DNA of 64,000 nucleotides, taken from positions 3,827-67,826 of the forward strand of contig JAGGVF010000008.1 in assembly GCA_021158125.1 (NCBI GenBank). Direction: 5' to 3'. This stretch comes from Candidatus Bathyarchaeota archaeon (GTDB lineage Archaea; Thermoproteota; Bathyarchaeia; Bathyarchaeales; WUQV01). Below the pieces are notes generated by a model. That model did not search any database. It worked only from the letters and a program-made list of their open reading frames with translations, and was not told the origin of the DNA. Position numbers and translations under genes: made by a program. Every line of letters begins with the position of its first letter. Within the stretch, counting starts at the first letter, position 1. Shown piece by piece: positions 19,287 through 28,223 of the stretch.

Positions 19287-20077
19287 TGACTGCTCCAAAA
19301 CTTAGACTCAAAAAATTGCTTCGTTTCCTTTTCCCAATTTTGGTTCTTCTAATAGTTTGGGAATTACTTGTTGATTTCAAAATTTTGAACCCTAAACTTC
19401 TCCCTTCTCCTAGCAATATAGCTGTCACCATGTATCAATTATCAATTCCTAATTTCCTACTCATAATCTATCTGCTTAGAAGTCTCTACCGTTTAGCAAT
19501 AGGCTACGGAATAGGCATAGCAATCGGCATCCCGCTGGGAATTTTAATGGGAACAAGTAAGCATCTTTACAAACTTGTATCTCCTGTTCTCAGCATGTTA
19601 ATCTCCATTCCCACGATTGCTTGGGTTCCACTCTTTCTAATAATAATAGGGATAGGCGATGAAACAATCATCTTAACTATTTTTCTCGGATGTTTCTTCT
19701 GTATAGTTTATAATACAATGCATGGAGTAAGAAGTGTAAACAAAGAATTGATATGGGCGGCCAAGATGACTGGGGCAAATAAGATAACTATTTTCGCTAA
19801 AGTTATTCTGCCTGGAGCTTTAGTTTCCATAATAACTGGGTTACGCCTCGCCGTTGGGTACTCTTGGAGGGCGTTAGTTGGAGCAGAAATGTTAGCTTCC
19901 ATCACTGGAGGAATAGGATTTATGATATACGCTGCGAGAGCTACTTTCGCCACTAACATAATGTTTACCGGATTATTCATCATTGCGCTGGGCGGGCTTC
20001 TAATAGACCGTTTCATTCTTGGAACCGTCGAGAAAAGAACTATTGAAAAGTGGGGCATGATCAGGAGGATAGAATGA
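19286..20077 (+). CDS. ABC transporter permease (NitT/TauT family), copy 2
   Basis: Start moved to ATG 19286 (AGGAGG 8 nt upstream, TAATG overlap with the previous stop). Paralogue of copy 1. Confidence 0.85.
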   Translation: MTAPKLRLKKLLRFLFPILVLLIVWELLVDFKILNPKLLPSPSNIAVTMYQLSIPNFLLIIYLLRSLYRLAIGYGIGIAIGIPLGILMGTSKHLYKLVSPVLSMLISIPTIAWVPLFLIIIGIGDETIILTIFLGCFFCIVYNTMHGVRSVNKELIWAAKMTGANKITIFAKVILPGALVSIITGLRLAVGYSWRALVGAEMLASITGGIGFMIYAARATFATNIMFTGLFIIALGGLLIDRFILGTVEKRTIEKWGMIRRIE

Positions 20078-20868
20078 CCTTGGGAGAAAAAATTAAATTG
20101 AAAGCAGTTGACATAACGAAAATTTTCGAAGACGGAGATAGAAAGGTTGTAGCCATTAAAGACTTCAATTTAGAAGTAAAAGAAAATGAGTTCACCGTAA
20201 TAGTTGGGCCTTCAGGATGTGGAAAATCAACTTTTCTCTACATGGTTGCCGGGTTTGAAAAACCGACTAAAGGAAAAATTCTGCTTAACGGCAAACCAAT
20301 CACAAAACCGGGGCCAGATAGAGGAATAGTTTTCCAAGAACCAGCTCTTTACCCTTGGAGAACAGTTCTCGGCAACATAATGTTTGGACTTGAAGTAGCC
20401 GGTGTGCCTAAAGACAAGGCAAAAAAGAAAGCTATGCAATACGTCAAAATGGTCGGATTAACAGGATTTGAAAATGCTTATCCACACACTCTTTCAGGCG
20501 GAATGAAACAACGAGTAGGCATCGCCCGCGCACTTGCCTATGACCCAGAAATTTTATTAATGGATGAACCCTTCGGTGCACTTGACGCTCAAACACGTAA
20601 AATTATGCAACAAGAACTCATAAGAATATGGGAAAAAACCAAGAAAACAGTCATTTTCGTAACACATTCGGTTATTGAAGCAGTCTATCTTGCCGACACC
20701 ATAGTTGTTATGACTGCAAGACCGGGAAGGGTAAAGGGAATAATAAATGTTGATTTACCCAGACCTAGAAGCTATACAGATCCAGACTATCTTAAGATAA
20801 GGGAGAAAGTTTTAAGCCTTTTGGAAGAAGAAGTCAAGAAAAGCCTAGAACTAGAAAGAAAAATTTAA
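20074..20868 (+). CDS. ABC transporter ATP-binding protein
   Basis: Walker [10 protein letters not shown], signature LSGGMKQRV, Walker [13 protein letters not shown]. Start moved to ATG 20074 (AGGAGG upstream, ATGA overlap). Confidence 0.9.
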   Translation: MTLGEKIKLKAVDITKIFEDGDRKVVAIKDFNLEVKENEFTVIVGPSGCGKSTFLYMVAGFEKPTKGKILLNGKPITKPGPDRGIVFQEPALYPWRTVLGNIMFGLEVAGVPKDKAKKKAMQYVKMVGLTGFENAYPHTLSGGMKQRVGIARALAYDPEILLMDEPFGALDAQTRKIMQQELIRIWEKTKKTVIFVTHSVIEAVYLADTIVVMTARPGRVKGIINVDLPRPRSYTDPDYLKIREKVLSLLEEEVKKSLELERKI

Positions 20869-20870
20869 TT

Positions 20871-21887
20871 TTAAATTTTCACAGCAACCGGTTCGATATC
20901 TATTCCTCTAATCCATAATATTTTTTCCTTGAAAGCGTTAAACTTAGGCAGTTCAGGAATAGGCTCGTCGAAGGCCAGTTTTAAGTAGATTTCTGGGAGA
21001 TTTACTCCGGCTTTTACATACATATATGAAGGAGTAAAGAATCTTCCAGGATTTATTTCTGTAACGCAGGGAATTCCCTCCTTATTTTCCTTGAAGTCTA
21101 TCGAAAAAATTCCGTTCGGCCTATTTGACGCTGAATTTACAGTTTTTAAGGCAATTTCGTCGACTCTTTGGTCAGTTATTATTCTTGCAATAGATGGAGT
21201 CCCAGTAATGCCCGATGGGCTTACATGAGAGATTATATATTCAAGTCTTTCCCAAACTAAGCTGGTGATTAATTCTCCGTTTTTGAAAATGCTCTGCCAA
21301 GCTATATTTCTTCCAGGTAAGTATTCTTCTGCAACAAAGTTTCCCCAACCGTTCCAATAGTCAATCCAAGCTTTTGCATGTTCAAATTTCTCTACGGGCA
21401 GAGAACCTTTTCCACCAGCTCCTCTAATTGCCCGCAGCCAAATCCTTTGGCCAAACTCTTCGAAGGCTAATTTAATGTCTTCTTCCTTTGTTATTAGAAT
21501 ATTCCTTGCTGTCGGTATTTTTCTTTCTCTCAGATGTCTTATTAGTTCATACTTGTTATGGCAAAGTTTTACGGCTTTCTTGTCAGGAAGAAATGTTTTT
21601 GCCTTCAACTTCTCTCGGTCTTCGCTTATTCTTCCAACTTCCACATCTGGTTGTGCATGAACGAACTGAATGCTCTCTTTTTCAATGATTTCGTTTAGTT
21701 TCTCAATGTAATCCGCTTGGTCGTATCTTGGTACGACGTATCTTTTGTCAGCTTCTCGGGCCAAGTATATATGGTAAGGGTTACAATCCACGCCGACTAT
21801 GTATATTCTCTCATTTGACTCTCTAAGTGCTCTCATAAAGTTGACAGCAGCTGTTCCACCTGCTCCGCAGACCAGAATTCTCTTCAC
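20871..21887 (-). CDS. ATP-grasp domain ligase (substrate unknown)
   Basis: N-terminal Rossmann-like ILVCGAGG, central WLRAIRGAGGKGS, AEEYLPGRN, and C-terminal PCVTEINPGRF, all typical of ATP-grasp enzymes. Confidence 0.75.
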   Translation of the reverse strand: MKRILVCGAGGTAAVNFMRALRESNERIYIVGVDCNPYHIYLAREADKRYVVPRYDQADYIEKLNEIIEKESIQFVHAQPDVEVGRISEDREKLKAKTFLPDKKAVKLCHNKYELIRHLRERKIPTARNILITKEEDIKLAFEEFGQRIWLRAIRGAGGKGSLPVEKFEHAKAWIDYWNGWGNFVAEEYLPGRNIAWQSIFKNGELITSLVWERLEYIISHVSPSGITGTPSIARIITDQRVDEIALKTVNSASNRPNGIFSIDFKENKEGIPCVTEINPGRFFTPSYMYVKAGVNLPEIYLKLAFDEPIPELPKFNAFKEKILWIRGIDIEPVAVKI

Positions 21888-21917
21888 TTCATCCTCCCCA
21901 AAATTTTCTTGGCTAAT

Positions 21918-22913
21918 TTAATTTTTGCTTTCATTAATCTCTTCTTTAATAACCCTTTCTATAACGTCAACTGGATTTTCAAGCTTTTCCAGCAGCGGCT
22001 TCGTATCCCATTTTTTACCCAGATATTTTTTAGCATAATCTGTTGCAGCCGAGGGGCTGACGCTGAATATTGGAAAGCCCTTTTCCGCTAAGTACTTGTT
22101 AACGTACTGTTTCCCAAACAACTGAACTATTATACTTGGCGTTCCCATCAATGCAGCCTCTCTGGATAATGTTCCGCCTACGCTGACTACTAAATCCGCT
22201 TCGGCGACAAGACTTGCTGAATCTACAAATGTTTTGGGAACTATTAAGCCTCTTCTTGGTTTTCTTTTGTAACGTGGGAGAAAGACGACGTTAGCTAAGG
22301 AGCTTAATTTTTTAGCTATTTTCTCCGTTATATTGCTTACTCCCTCGGCATATGCAGCTTTAACCTCGGTTTCCCTCACTACGATAAACGGTTTTTCGAA
22401 GTCAAATCTCATTTTAGGTTTGAAATCTTTAATCCACGCTACTTCGTCCACTCCGTCAAATTGTACTAATTTTTTTGCTCCATACTGATAAACAGCTTGA
22501 GGAGGAATTGCTTTAGAAGCAATTACCATATCTGTTAGTGGAACAGTCAATCTACACTGGGCCTCTGCATGTGGGGTATCAAATGTTGAAATTAATGGTA
22601 TTCCAAGGCCGAATGCTACTCTGGCACACTCAATTGAAACGTGCATTATCGCAAGGTCAGGCTTATCTTTCTCAAACATTTTACAGAAAAGTAATTGTCT
22701 TCTTGCGCTTGCTTTAAGTCTTGTCATTTTTGAAGTTGGTGCATACTTTCCGACAACTATGGGTTTTTCGTTCAAAAGCTTTGCTAATAGTAAAGTGTCA
22801 GGGTGTTTTCTAGTCGTTAGTATAACCTTGTGACCAAGTTTCCGTAAACGTTCAGCTATTGCTACTCCATACCGAATATGTTTGCCTGTGCAAGCGTCAT
22901 ACCAAATTCGCAT
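21918..22913 (-). CDS. DUF354-family protein (predicted GT-B/epimerase-like fold)
   Basis: MRIWYDACTGKHIRYGVAIAERLRKLGHKVILTTRK..GIPLISTFDTPHAE..GGTLSREAALMGTPSI matches my memory of the archaeal DUF354 profile. Confidence 0.65.
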   Translation of the reverse strand: MRIWYDACTGKHIRYGVAIAERLRKLGHKVILTTRKHPDTLLLAKLLNEKPIVVGKYAPTSKMTRLKASARRQLLFCKMFEKDKPDLAIMHVSIECARVAFGLGIPLISTFDTPHAEAQCRLTVPLTDMVIASKAIPPQAVYQYGAKKLVQFDGVDEVAWIKDFKPKMRFDFEKPFIVVRETEVKAAYAEGVSNITEKIAKKLSSLANVVFLPRYKRKPRRGLIVPKTFVDSASLVAEADLVVSVGGTLSREAALMGTPSIIVQLFGKQYVNKYLAEKGFPIFSVSPSAATDYAKKYLGKKWDTKPLLEKLENPVDVIERVIKEEINESKN

Positions 22914-23032
22914 TGGAAACCCTCTGTATGCACATCTGCTTCCAGGTTAGACAGTATAGAAGTTAGACTTTAAACATTATTAACTTTCATATGACTACTA
23001 ACTGGAACGTTAGATCTAAAAGTTCAATAAAA

Positions 23033-23935
23033 TTAAAATAATAAACTTACAAGAACCGCAAGTCCCGAAAAAACAGCGATTATAAGTGAAACTATCGAGA
23101 CAAGCTGACGTTCAGACAGTTGTTTATAGTAAGCGATTAATGTTAAAAGGCTCCATCTATGATCTGCGAATAGTTTATTATTTCTTAATTTTAATGCTGG
23201 TGTTCTTTTGAAGAATAATATGTTTAACAATTTTAATGAAGAATTGAATATGTAGGGTAGAATGGAAATAAGTAATGTTTGTTCGATGTTTGCAATAATT
23301 GCGTAGGACGCGAGTGTAATTCCGATCGCAAAAGAACCAGTATTACCAACGAAAATTTTACCTTGAAAATTAAAGAAAGCTAACACAAGGTAAACTGCCA
23401 ATGGTACATAAAGCAATGCCCTATACTCTGGATTTGAAACTAGCATTAAGGCTATCAAAACTATGGAGGGGCAAATTGTTTCAAGTCCATTTAATCCTCC
23501 AAGCTGATTGACAGTGTTAGTTGTGACTGTTACAATTAACGGAATGACCCCAAAATAGAAAATTAACTCGCCAGGTATTATCCAAAAAGTAATTTGAGTG
23601 AAGTTTATCTTTCCAAATATGTAAGTAGACATTATGGGCGTTCCCTGCCTCAAAACTCCCAGCGGCAAAGCAGCAAAAATTGGAAGAAACGCCTTGTAAC
23701 GCCATCTTAGGTCAATCCAGTCGTCCAGTAAACCCATAAAACCGCCGAAAAGTATGCAGACAGCTAAATTTAAGGCAGGAGAGTTCTGGCTTTCGGCGAA
23801 ATTTATGCTATAAAAGCCATGTAACAAAAAAAGGTAGATTACCGAAAAAAGAACATAAAAAACTCCAAAACCGTTCGGAACAAGAGGGTTTCCAGGCTTA
23901 TGTCTGTCTGGAACCTTTGGGAACAACATCATCAC
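23033..23935 (-). CDS. aglH: Dolichyl/polyprenyl-phosphate N-acetylhexosamine-1-phosphate transferase (MraY/WecA-type glycosyltransferase family 4)
   Basis: About 10 TM. GLLDDWIDL, NQLGGLNGLE and FVGNTGSFAIG motifs. Starts 5 nt downstream of the aglB stop. Confidence 0.8.
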   Translation of the reverse strand: MMMLFPKVPDRHKPGNPLVPNGFGVFYVLFSVIYLFLLHGFYSINFAESQNSPALNLAVCILFGGFMGLLDDWIDLRWRYKAFLPIFAALPLGVLRQGTPIMSTYIFGKINFTQITFWIIPGELIFYFGVIPLIVTVTTNTVNQLGGLNGLETICPSIVLIALMLVSNPEYRALLYVPLAVYLVLAFFNFQGKIFVGNTGSFAIGITLASYAIIANIEQTLLISILPYIFNSSLKLLNILFFKRTPALKLRNNKLFADHRWSLLTLIAYYKQLSERQLVSIVSLIIAVFSGLAVLVSLLF

Positions 23936-23940
23936 TTACA

Positions 23941-26211
23941 TCATCTTATCAATTCATTGTTATAATGCACCTTGTAAATAGCAATAATAGGCAAAAATCC
24001 GTAATACGTCTTTATGTCGTTTCCATCCTTGGGATAAACAAGTTCAAAATGAGAACTAAAGAATTGATCTTCAGCAGTTGGATCTGTTACATTCGCATAG
24101 GAATGTCTATCCAAAATCAATTTGCATCTAGCATGCTCCATAAGAAGATAAATAAATGAATCATAAAATCTTCCGCCTTTCTCGCGAGGAATAATTGCAA
24201 AATTTGTTAAGTTTAAGTAATCACTTACATAAAGACGTCCCATACCCATATGTTCACATAAATCCTGCACCTTGCTACTTGAATTGCTTATTCGAAGCAT
24301 CCAAGTCCATTTTCCAAAATCTCCATATCCTACAATAGGATAATCTCTTGGAGTATCAGCTATAAAGTTAGGCCACCCACGATAACTGGACTCAATTTGC
24401 TGCCTAGTATAGTCGTAAACCACAAAGAAAACAAGCACGTAATCCGGAGGCCTATCAAATCTTGAACCCTTACTTGGATCTTTAATAATACTTAATACTT
24501 TAAAGGCGTTCGTTTCGTTTTCAACAAATGCTCTTCCAATTAACGCTATATGAGTTGTGTTAAATGTATTGTTATCTGCAACTGATGTTCTATTCGCTTC
24601 AACAGTTATCCAGTAGCCGTAATCCCACCAGCTAAAAACAACGGCATCCTTCGGAAGATTAGTTTTCATCCAGTGTAAGGCGTCCATCCATTCGGTTACT
24701 GGTTGCGATGGTGTAAGAGGGAGACTTCCAGAGAAAAGAGTAACCGGAGTATACGCATGATTAAAGACCCTTGGATACGGAAAGGCAAAGTTAGCCATTA
24801 AGAGCAAAAAGCACATAATTATTGGAACTGCGCTAAATTCTCTTCCTATGGTTCCAGCAAAAGCCTTCTTTTTAGGAATGACCCTACGTTCCTTCGCCAA
24901 GGTTATAAAGGGTTTTACAAGCCTTGTTATGCCTATACCCGCGATAAGTCCAACTGCTGGTGCAGATAAAACTAGAACTCTAACCATCGAACTTGAAAAG
25001 TACAATGCGGTTAAGCCGAAAATTATGAGGAAAATGTTTCGATTCGTCAAGTTTCCAGCAATGAAGAAGAAGCCCAGTACCATAAAGACTGCGACAACGC
25101 CAAATTCATAGTAAAGTGAAGACCAAGAAGTTACGCGATGCTCCTGCACTGACATTATTATTGGCGACGATTCTCTGGCAAAGGGGTTTAGAACAGATAT
25201 AAATTTCCCCGCAATACCACTTACATAGCCTAGCTGGTACAAGGTTAAAAAGCCCACGACAAGCATTGATGTAAAGGCTGCTACATATACTACCTTCCAT
25301 TTCGTGGTATGCGTTCTTTTAACAACTTCATTTAAACATAACAGCAAAAATACTCCTGCAACAATTAAAATTGCCCATGATTTTAAAAATCCTATACCGA
25401 GCTTTGGAACGTTCATTGCAATAAATAATCCGATTCCGAACAGTAGGCTGTAACTCAGAAGGAAGCGCGTGTTATATCTGCGTAATAAGATAATTACAAA
25501 TGCAAAGAGAGTAATTATTCCCACAGGGTAAAGTGCCGCTCCCCACGCGGAAAATATGTATCCTAACGCTGCCCCGGATAATATTCCATACATTATGGAA
25601 GATCTAATGGGCTTATCCTCTTCGATGGCTCTTAGGAAGAATAGGAAGCACAGTATGACTCCGAGAAGCCCTACTGTTTCGTCATCAAAGAAGCCGATGG
25701 ATGTTCTTGAGATGTAGGTTGGGCTTAGGGCAAGTATGAGAGCTGAAAGAAGCCCGACGTCCTTTCCGCCCACGTCTTTGCCGAGGAAGTAGAGTGCTAT
25801 GCAGGTTATGGCTCCCATGATTGCTGGGAACAGTATGCAGAAATCTTTGAGGGATATTTGTATCCCTAGCATGGATATTATGGTGTAAAATGTTGCAGCT
25901 GTCAATGGGAGACCTGGAAGGTTGGTTTTCGGAACATAAGCACCCCAAGGATACCAACGTTGATAGTCTCTCCAATCTACCCATGACAAGAAACCTTTGT
26001 TAACTACATGTTCAGTAAAGTGGTATTGCACGTACGGGTCGAATTCGGAGAGAGCCATTCCCCACCGCATTGGAAGAAGCCTAACAACCAATGCTACGAG
26101 AAAGATCAGGAAGAGAGCGGAAAAAACAAGTATCGTCTCATGGGAGATTTTTGGTCGAACTTTCCACAAGCTTTTTATGCTTTCGACAATTTTCTCCTTT
26201 CTAAGTTTCAC
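23941..26211 (-). CDS. aglB: Archaeal oligosaccharyltransferase (STT3 homologue)
   Basis: Multi-TM N-terminal half with the soluble-domain motif SWWDYGYWI (WWDYG). Confidence 0.9.
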   Translation of the reverse strand: MKLRKEKIVESIKSLWKVRPKISHETILVFSALFLIFLVALVVRLLPMRWGMALSEFDPYVQYHFTEHVVNKGFLSWVDWRDYQRWYPWGAYVPKTNLPGLPLTAATFYTIISMLGIQISLKDFCILFPAIMGAITCIALYFLGKDVGGKDVGLLSALILALSPTYISRTSIGFFDDETVGLLGVILCFLFFLRAIEEDKPIRSSIMYGILSGAALGYIFSAWGAALYPVGIITLFAFVIILLRRYNTRFLLSYSLLFGIGLFIAMNVPKLGIGFLKSWAILIVAGVFLLLCLNEVVKRTHTTKWKVVYVAAFTSMLVVGFLTLYQLGYVSGIAGKFISVLNPFARESSPIIMSVQEHRVTSWSSLYYEFGVVAVFMVLGFFFIAGNLTNRNIFLIIFGLTALYFSSSMVRVLVLSAPAVGLIAGIGITRLVKPFITLAKERRVIPKKKAFAGTIGREFSAVPIIMCFLLLMANFAFPYPRVFNHAYTPVTLFSGSLPLTPSQPVTEWMDALHWMKTNLPKDAVVFSWWDYGYWITVEANRTSVADNNTFNTTHIALIGRAFVENETNAFKVLSIIKDPSKGSRFDRPPDYVLVFFVVYDYTRQQIESSYRGWPNFIADTPRDYPIVGYGDFGKWTWMLRISNSSSKVQDLCEHMGMGRLYVSDYLNLTNFAIIPREKGGRFYDSFIYLLMEHARCKLILDRHSYANVTDPTAEDQFFSSHFELVYPKDGNDIKTYYGFLPIIAIYKVHYNNELIR

Positions 26212-26291
26212 TTCGGTTTCCCCATGCCGTGTTATTTGTTCGCGAAATTGTTAATTATATTGCTTTATTTAGGCATTTTGTTACATTTATT

Positions 26292-26714
26292 TTATTCTGT
26301 TTGTTCAAGCGTCTTTAGGTAATCTCTATATGCTTTTGAATCCATTAAGTTTTTTATTTCTTCGTTTATGTTTTCAGGCTGGATTTTCGCTATCCAGCCT
26401 TTTCCGTAGGGGTCTTGATTTACAAATTCGGGGTTTTCCGCAAGTTTGTCATTTACTTGGATTACTTCTCCAGATATTGGAGTGTATATTTCTGAAACTG
26501 CCTTTACGGATTCAACTGTTCCGATTGGTTCCATTTGCTTAACTCTTTTTCCTACTTCGGGCAAGTCAACGAATACTATTTCATGTAGGGCTTTTTGAGC
26601 ATAATCTGTTATTCCTACTGTAGCCATAGTATTATCAATTTTTAGCCATTCATGCTCTTTTGTGTAATAGAGGTTTTCAGGAACTATGTATTTTTCATTG
26701 CTCATTTCAATCAT
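26292..26714 (-). CDS. gcvH: Glycine cleavage system H protein
   Basis: YTKEHEWLK.. and the lipoyl-lysine motif VESVKAVSEIYTPISGEV. Confidence 0.9.
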   Translation of the reverse strand: MIEMSNEKYIVPENLYYTKEHEWLKIDNTMATVGITDYAQKALHEIVFVDLPEVGKRVKQMEPIGTVESVKAVSEIYTPISGEVIQVNDKLAENPEFVNQDPYGKGWIAKIQPENINEEIKNLMDSKAYRDYLKTLEQTE

Positions 26715-26751
26715 CTCTTTTCGGTTATTTTATATGCTGCATGTGTTTGGC

Positions 26752-27939
26752 TTAAGCTTTTAGTGTGGAAATTAACTTTCTTGCTTCTTCTATTGGATAT
26801 TTTTTCCCGTAAAGTATGACCGTGTCGTGGCTTCTTCGTTGATAGAACGGTAGTTTAACGATTTCTGCTTTGAGTAATTTGTCTCTGATTTTTACTTTGA
26901 CTTCTTCTCCTTCTTTGTACTCCTTCTTTACGTAGGCCATTCCTATTCCTATTTTTAAGAAGGGTGCGAAAGTTCCGCTTGTTATTTCTCCTATTTTTTT
27001 GCTGTTCTTGCAAACTTCATGATGCTGTCTCGGTATTCCTTTTTCAATCATTTTTATGCCTACTCTTCTTCGTTTTAGTCCTTCTTCCTTTTGTCTTAGC
27101 AATGCTTCTTTTCCGATGAAGCTTTCCTTGTTAAATTTTACCACGAAGCTTATTCTAGCTTCCAAAGGAGTGGTGTTTTCGTCTATGTCGTTTCCGTAGA
27201 GGCACATTCCCGCTTCTAAACGCAGTGTGTCTCTGGCTCCTAACCCGCATGGCTCTATTTGGAACTCTTTTCCAGCTTCAAGTATTGCGTTCCATACTTT
27301 GTGGGCTTTTTCTGGGTTGGTTACTGGCGTATTCCAAACGAATACTTCGAATCCGTCTTCTCCGGTGTAACCTGTTCTTGAAACAAAGGTTTGGGTTTCT
27401 GCAAGTTTTGTCCATCCGCATTTGAATCTTCCTATTTGGCTTAGATCTTCGGTGGAGATTTTCTGCAGTGTTTCTTGAGCTTTTGGCCCTTGAACTGCGA
27501 ACATTGCGATGTTTTCTGAAACATCTTCGATTTTTACGTTAAAGCCTTCTGCATGTTTTGTTAACCATTTGAAGTCTTTTTCTCTGTTGCTTGCGTTGTA
27601 TACCATTAAGAATTTTTCCTCTTCAAGTCTTGAAACCACAAAATCATCTATTATTCCGCCTTTCTCGTTGCATAGAGTTGAATATTGGGCGCTTAGAGGC
27701 GTCAGTAACGAAACATCGTTTGTAGAAACGTAGTTTAGGAATCTTTCTGCTTCTGGACCGATTATTAGGGCTCGGCCCATGTGGGTTATGTCGAATATTC
27801 CAACGTTGTTTCTAACGGCTAAGTGTTCCGGAATTATGCCCTTATACCATAGGGGCATTTCAAATCCAGCGAATAATGTCATTTTTGCATGTTGCCTATG
27901 AAAATTGTAGAGATGAGTTATTTTCCCCCTCTGATTCAC
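26752..27939 (-). CDS. gcvT: Glycine cleavage system T protein (aminomethyltransferase)
   Basis: FAGFEMPLWY..EHLAVRNNVGIFDITHMGR..RTGYTGEDGFEV. GTG start with GGAGG 7 nt upstream. Confidence 0.9.
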   Translation of the reverse strand: MNQRGKITHLYNFHRQHAKMTLFAGFEMPLWYKGIIPEHLAVRNNVGIFDITHMGRALIIGPEAERFLNYVSTNDVSLLTPLSAQYSTLCNEKGGIIDDFVVSRLEEEKFLMVYNASNREKDFKWLTKHAEGFNVKIEDVSENIAMFAVQGPKAQETLQKISTEDLSQIGRFKCGWTKLAETQTFVSRTGYTGEDGFEVFVWNTPVTNPEKAHKVWNAILEAGKEFQIEPCGLGARDTLRLEAGMCLYGNDIDENTTPLEARISFVVKFNKESFIGKEALLRQKEEGLKRRRVGIKMIEKGIPRQHHEVCKNSKKIGEITSGTFAPFLKIGIGMAYVKKEYKEGEEVKVKIRDKLLKAEIVKLPFYQRRSHDTVILYGKKYPIEEARKLISTLKA

Positions 27940-27959
27940 TCCTAAGCCTCCAGAATAAT

Positions 27960-28124
27960 TTATTTTGCTGGTTTAACCTCAACATCTGTGGGAATGTTCG
28001 AGAGTTTCCGGCCGCATTTTGGACATCTGCCATTATAACGTTGAACAATTTCTTCCGGCGGTTTTAAATCGTTCCCTTTGTATAATATTTCTCCACAATT
28101 TTGACAAACAACTATCTGGGGCAT
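27960..28124 (-). CDS. Small zinc-ribbon protein (54 aa), absent from the supplied ORF track
   Basis: My own translation: MPQIVVCQNCGEILYKGNDLKPPEEIVQRYNGRCPKCGRKLSNIPTDVEVKPAK*. Two CxxC pairs, a GGAG upstream, and a stop 20 nt before the gcvT start. Confidence 0.5.
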   Translation of the reverse strand: MPQIVVCQNCGEILYKGNDLKPPEEIVQRYNGRCPKCGRKLSNIPTDVEVKPAK

Positions 28125-28223
28125 AGCCTAGCTCTCCAAATTAACTTTGATATTGTGAATTGAATAAGCAAACTATTTATAGGTTCCGTGCATTTCATTG
28201 AATCCACAAAGGAGCCTCCTCCG

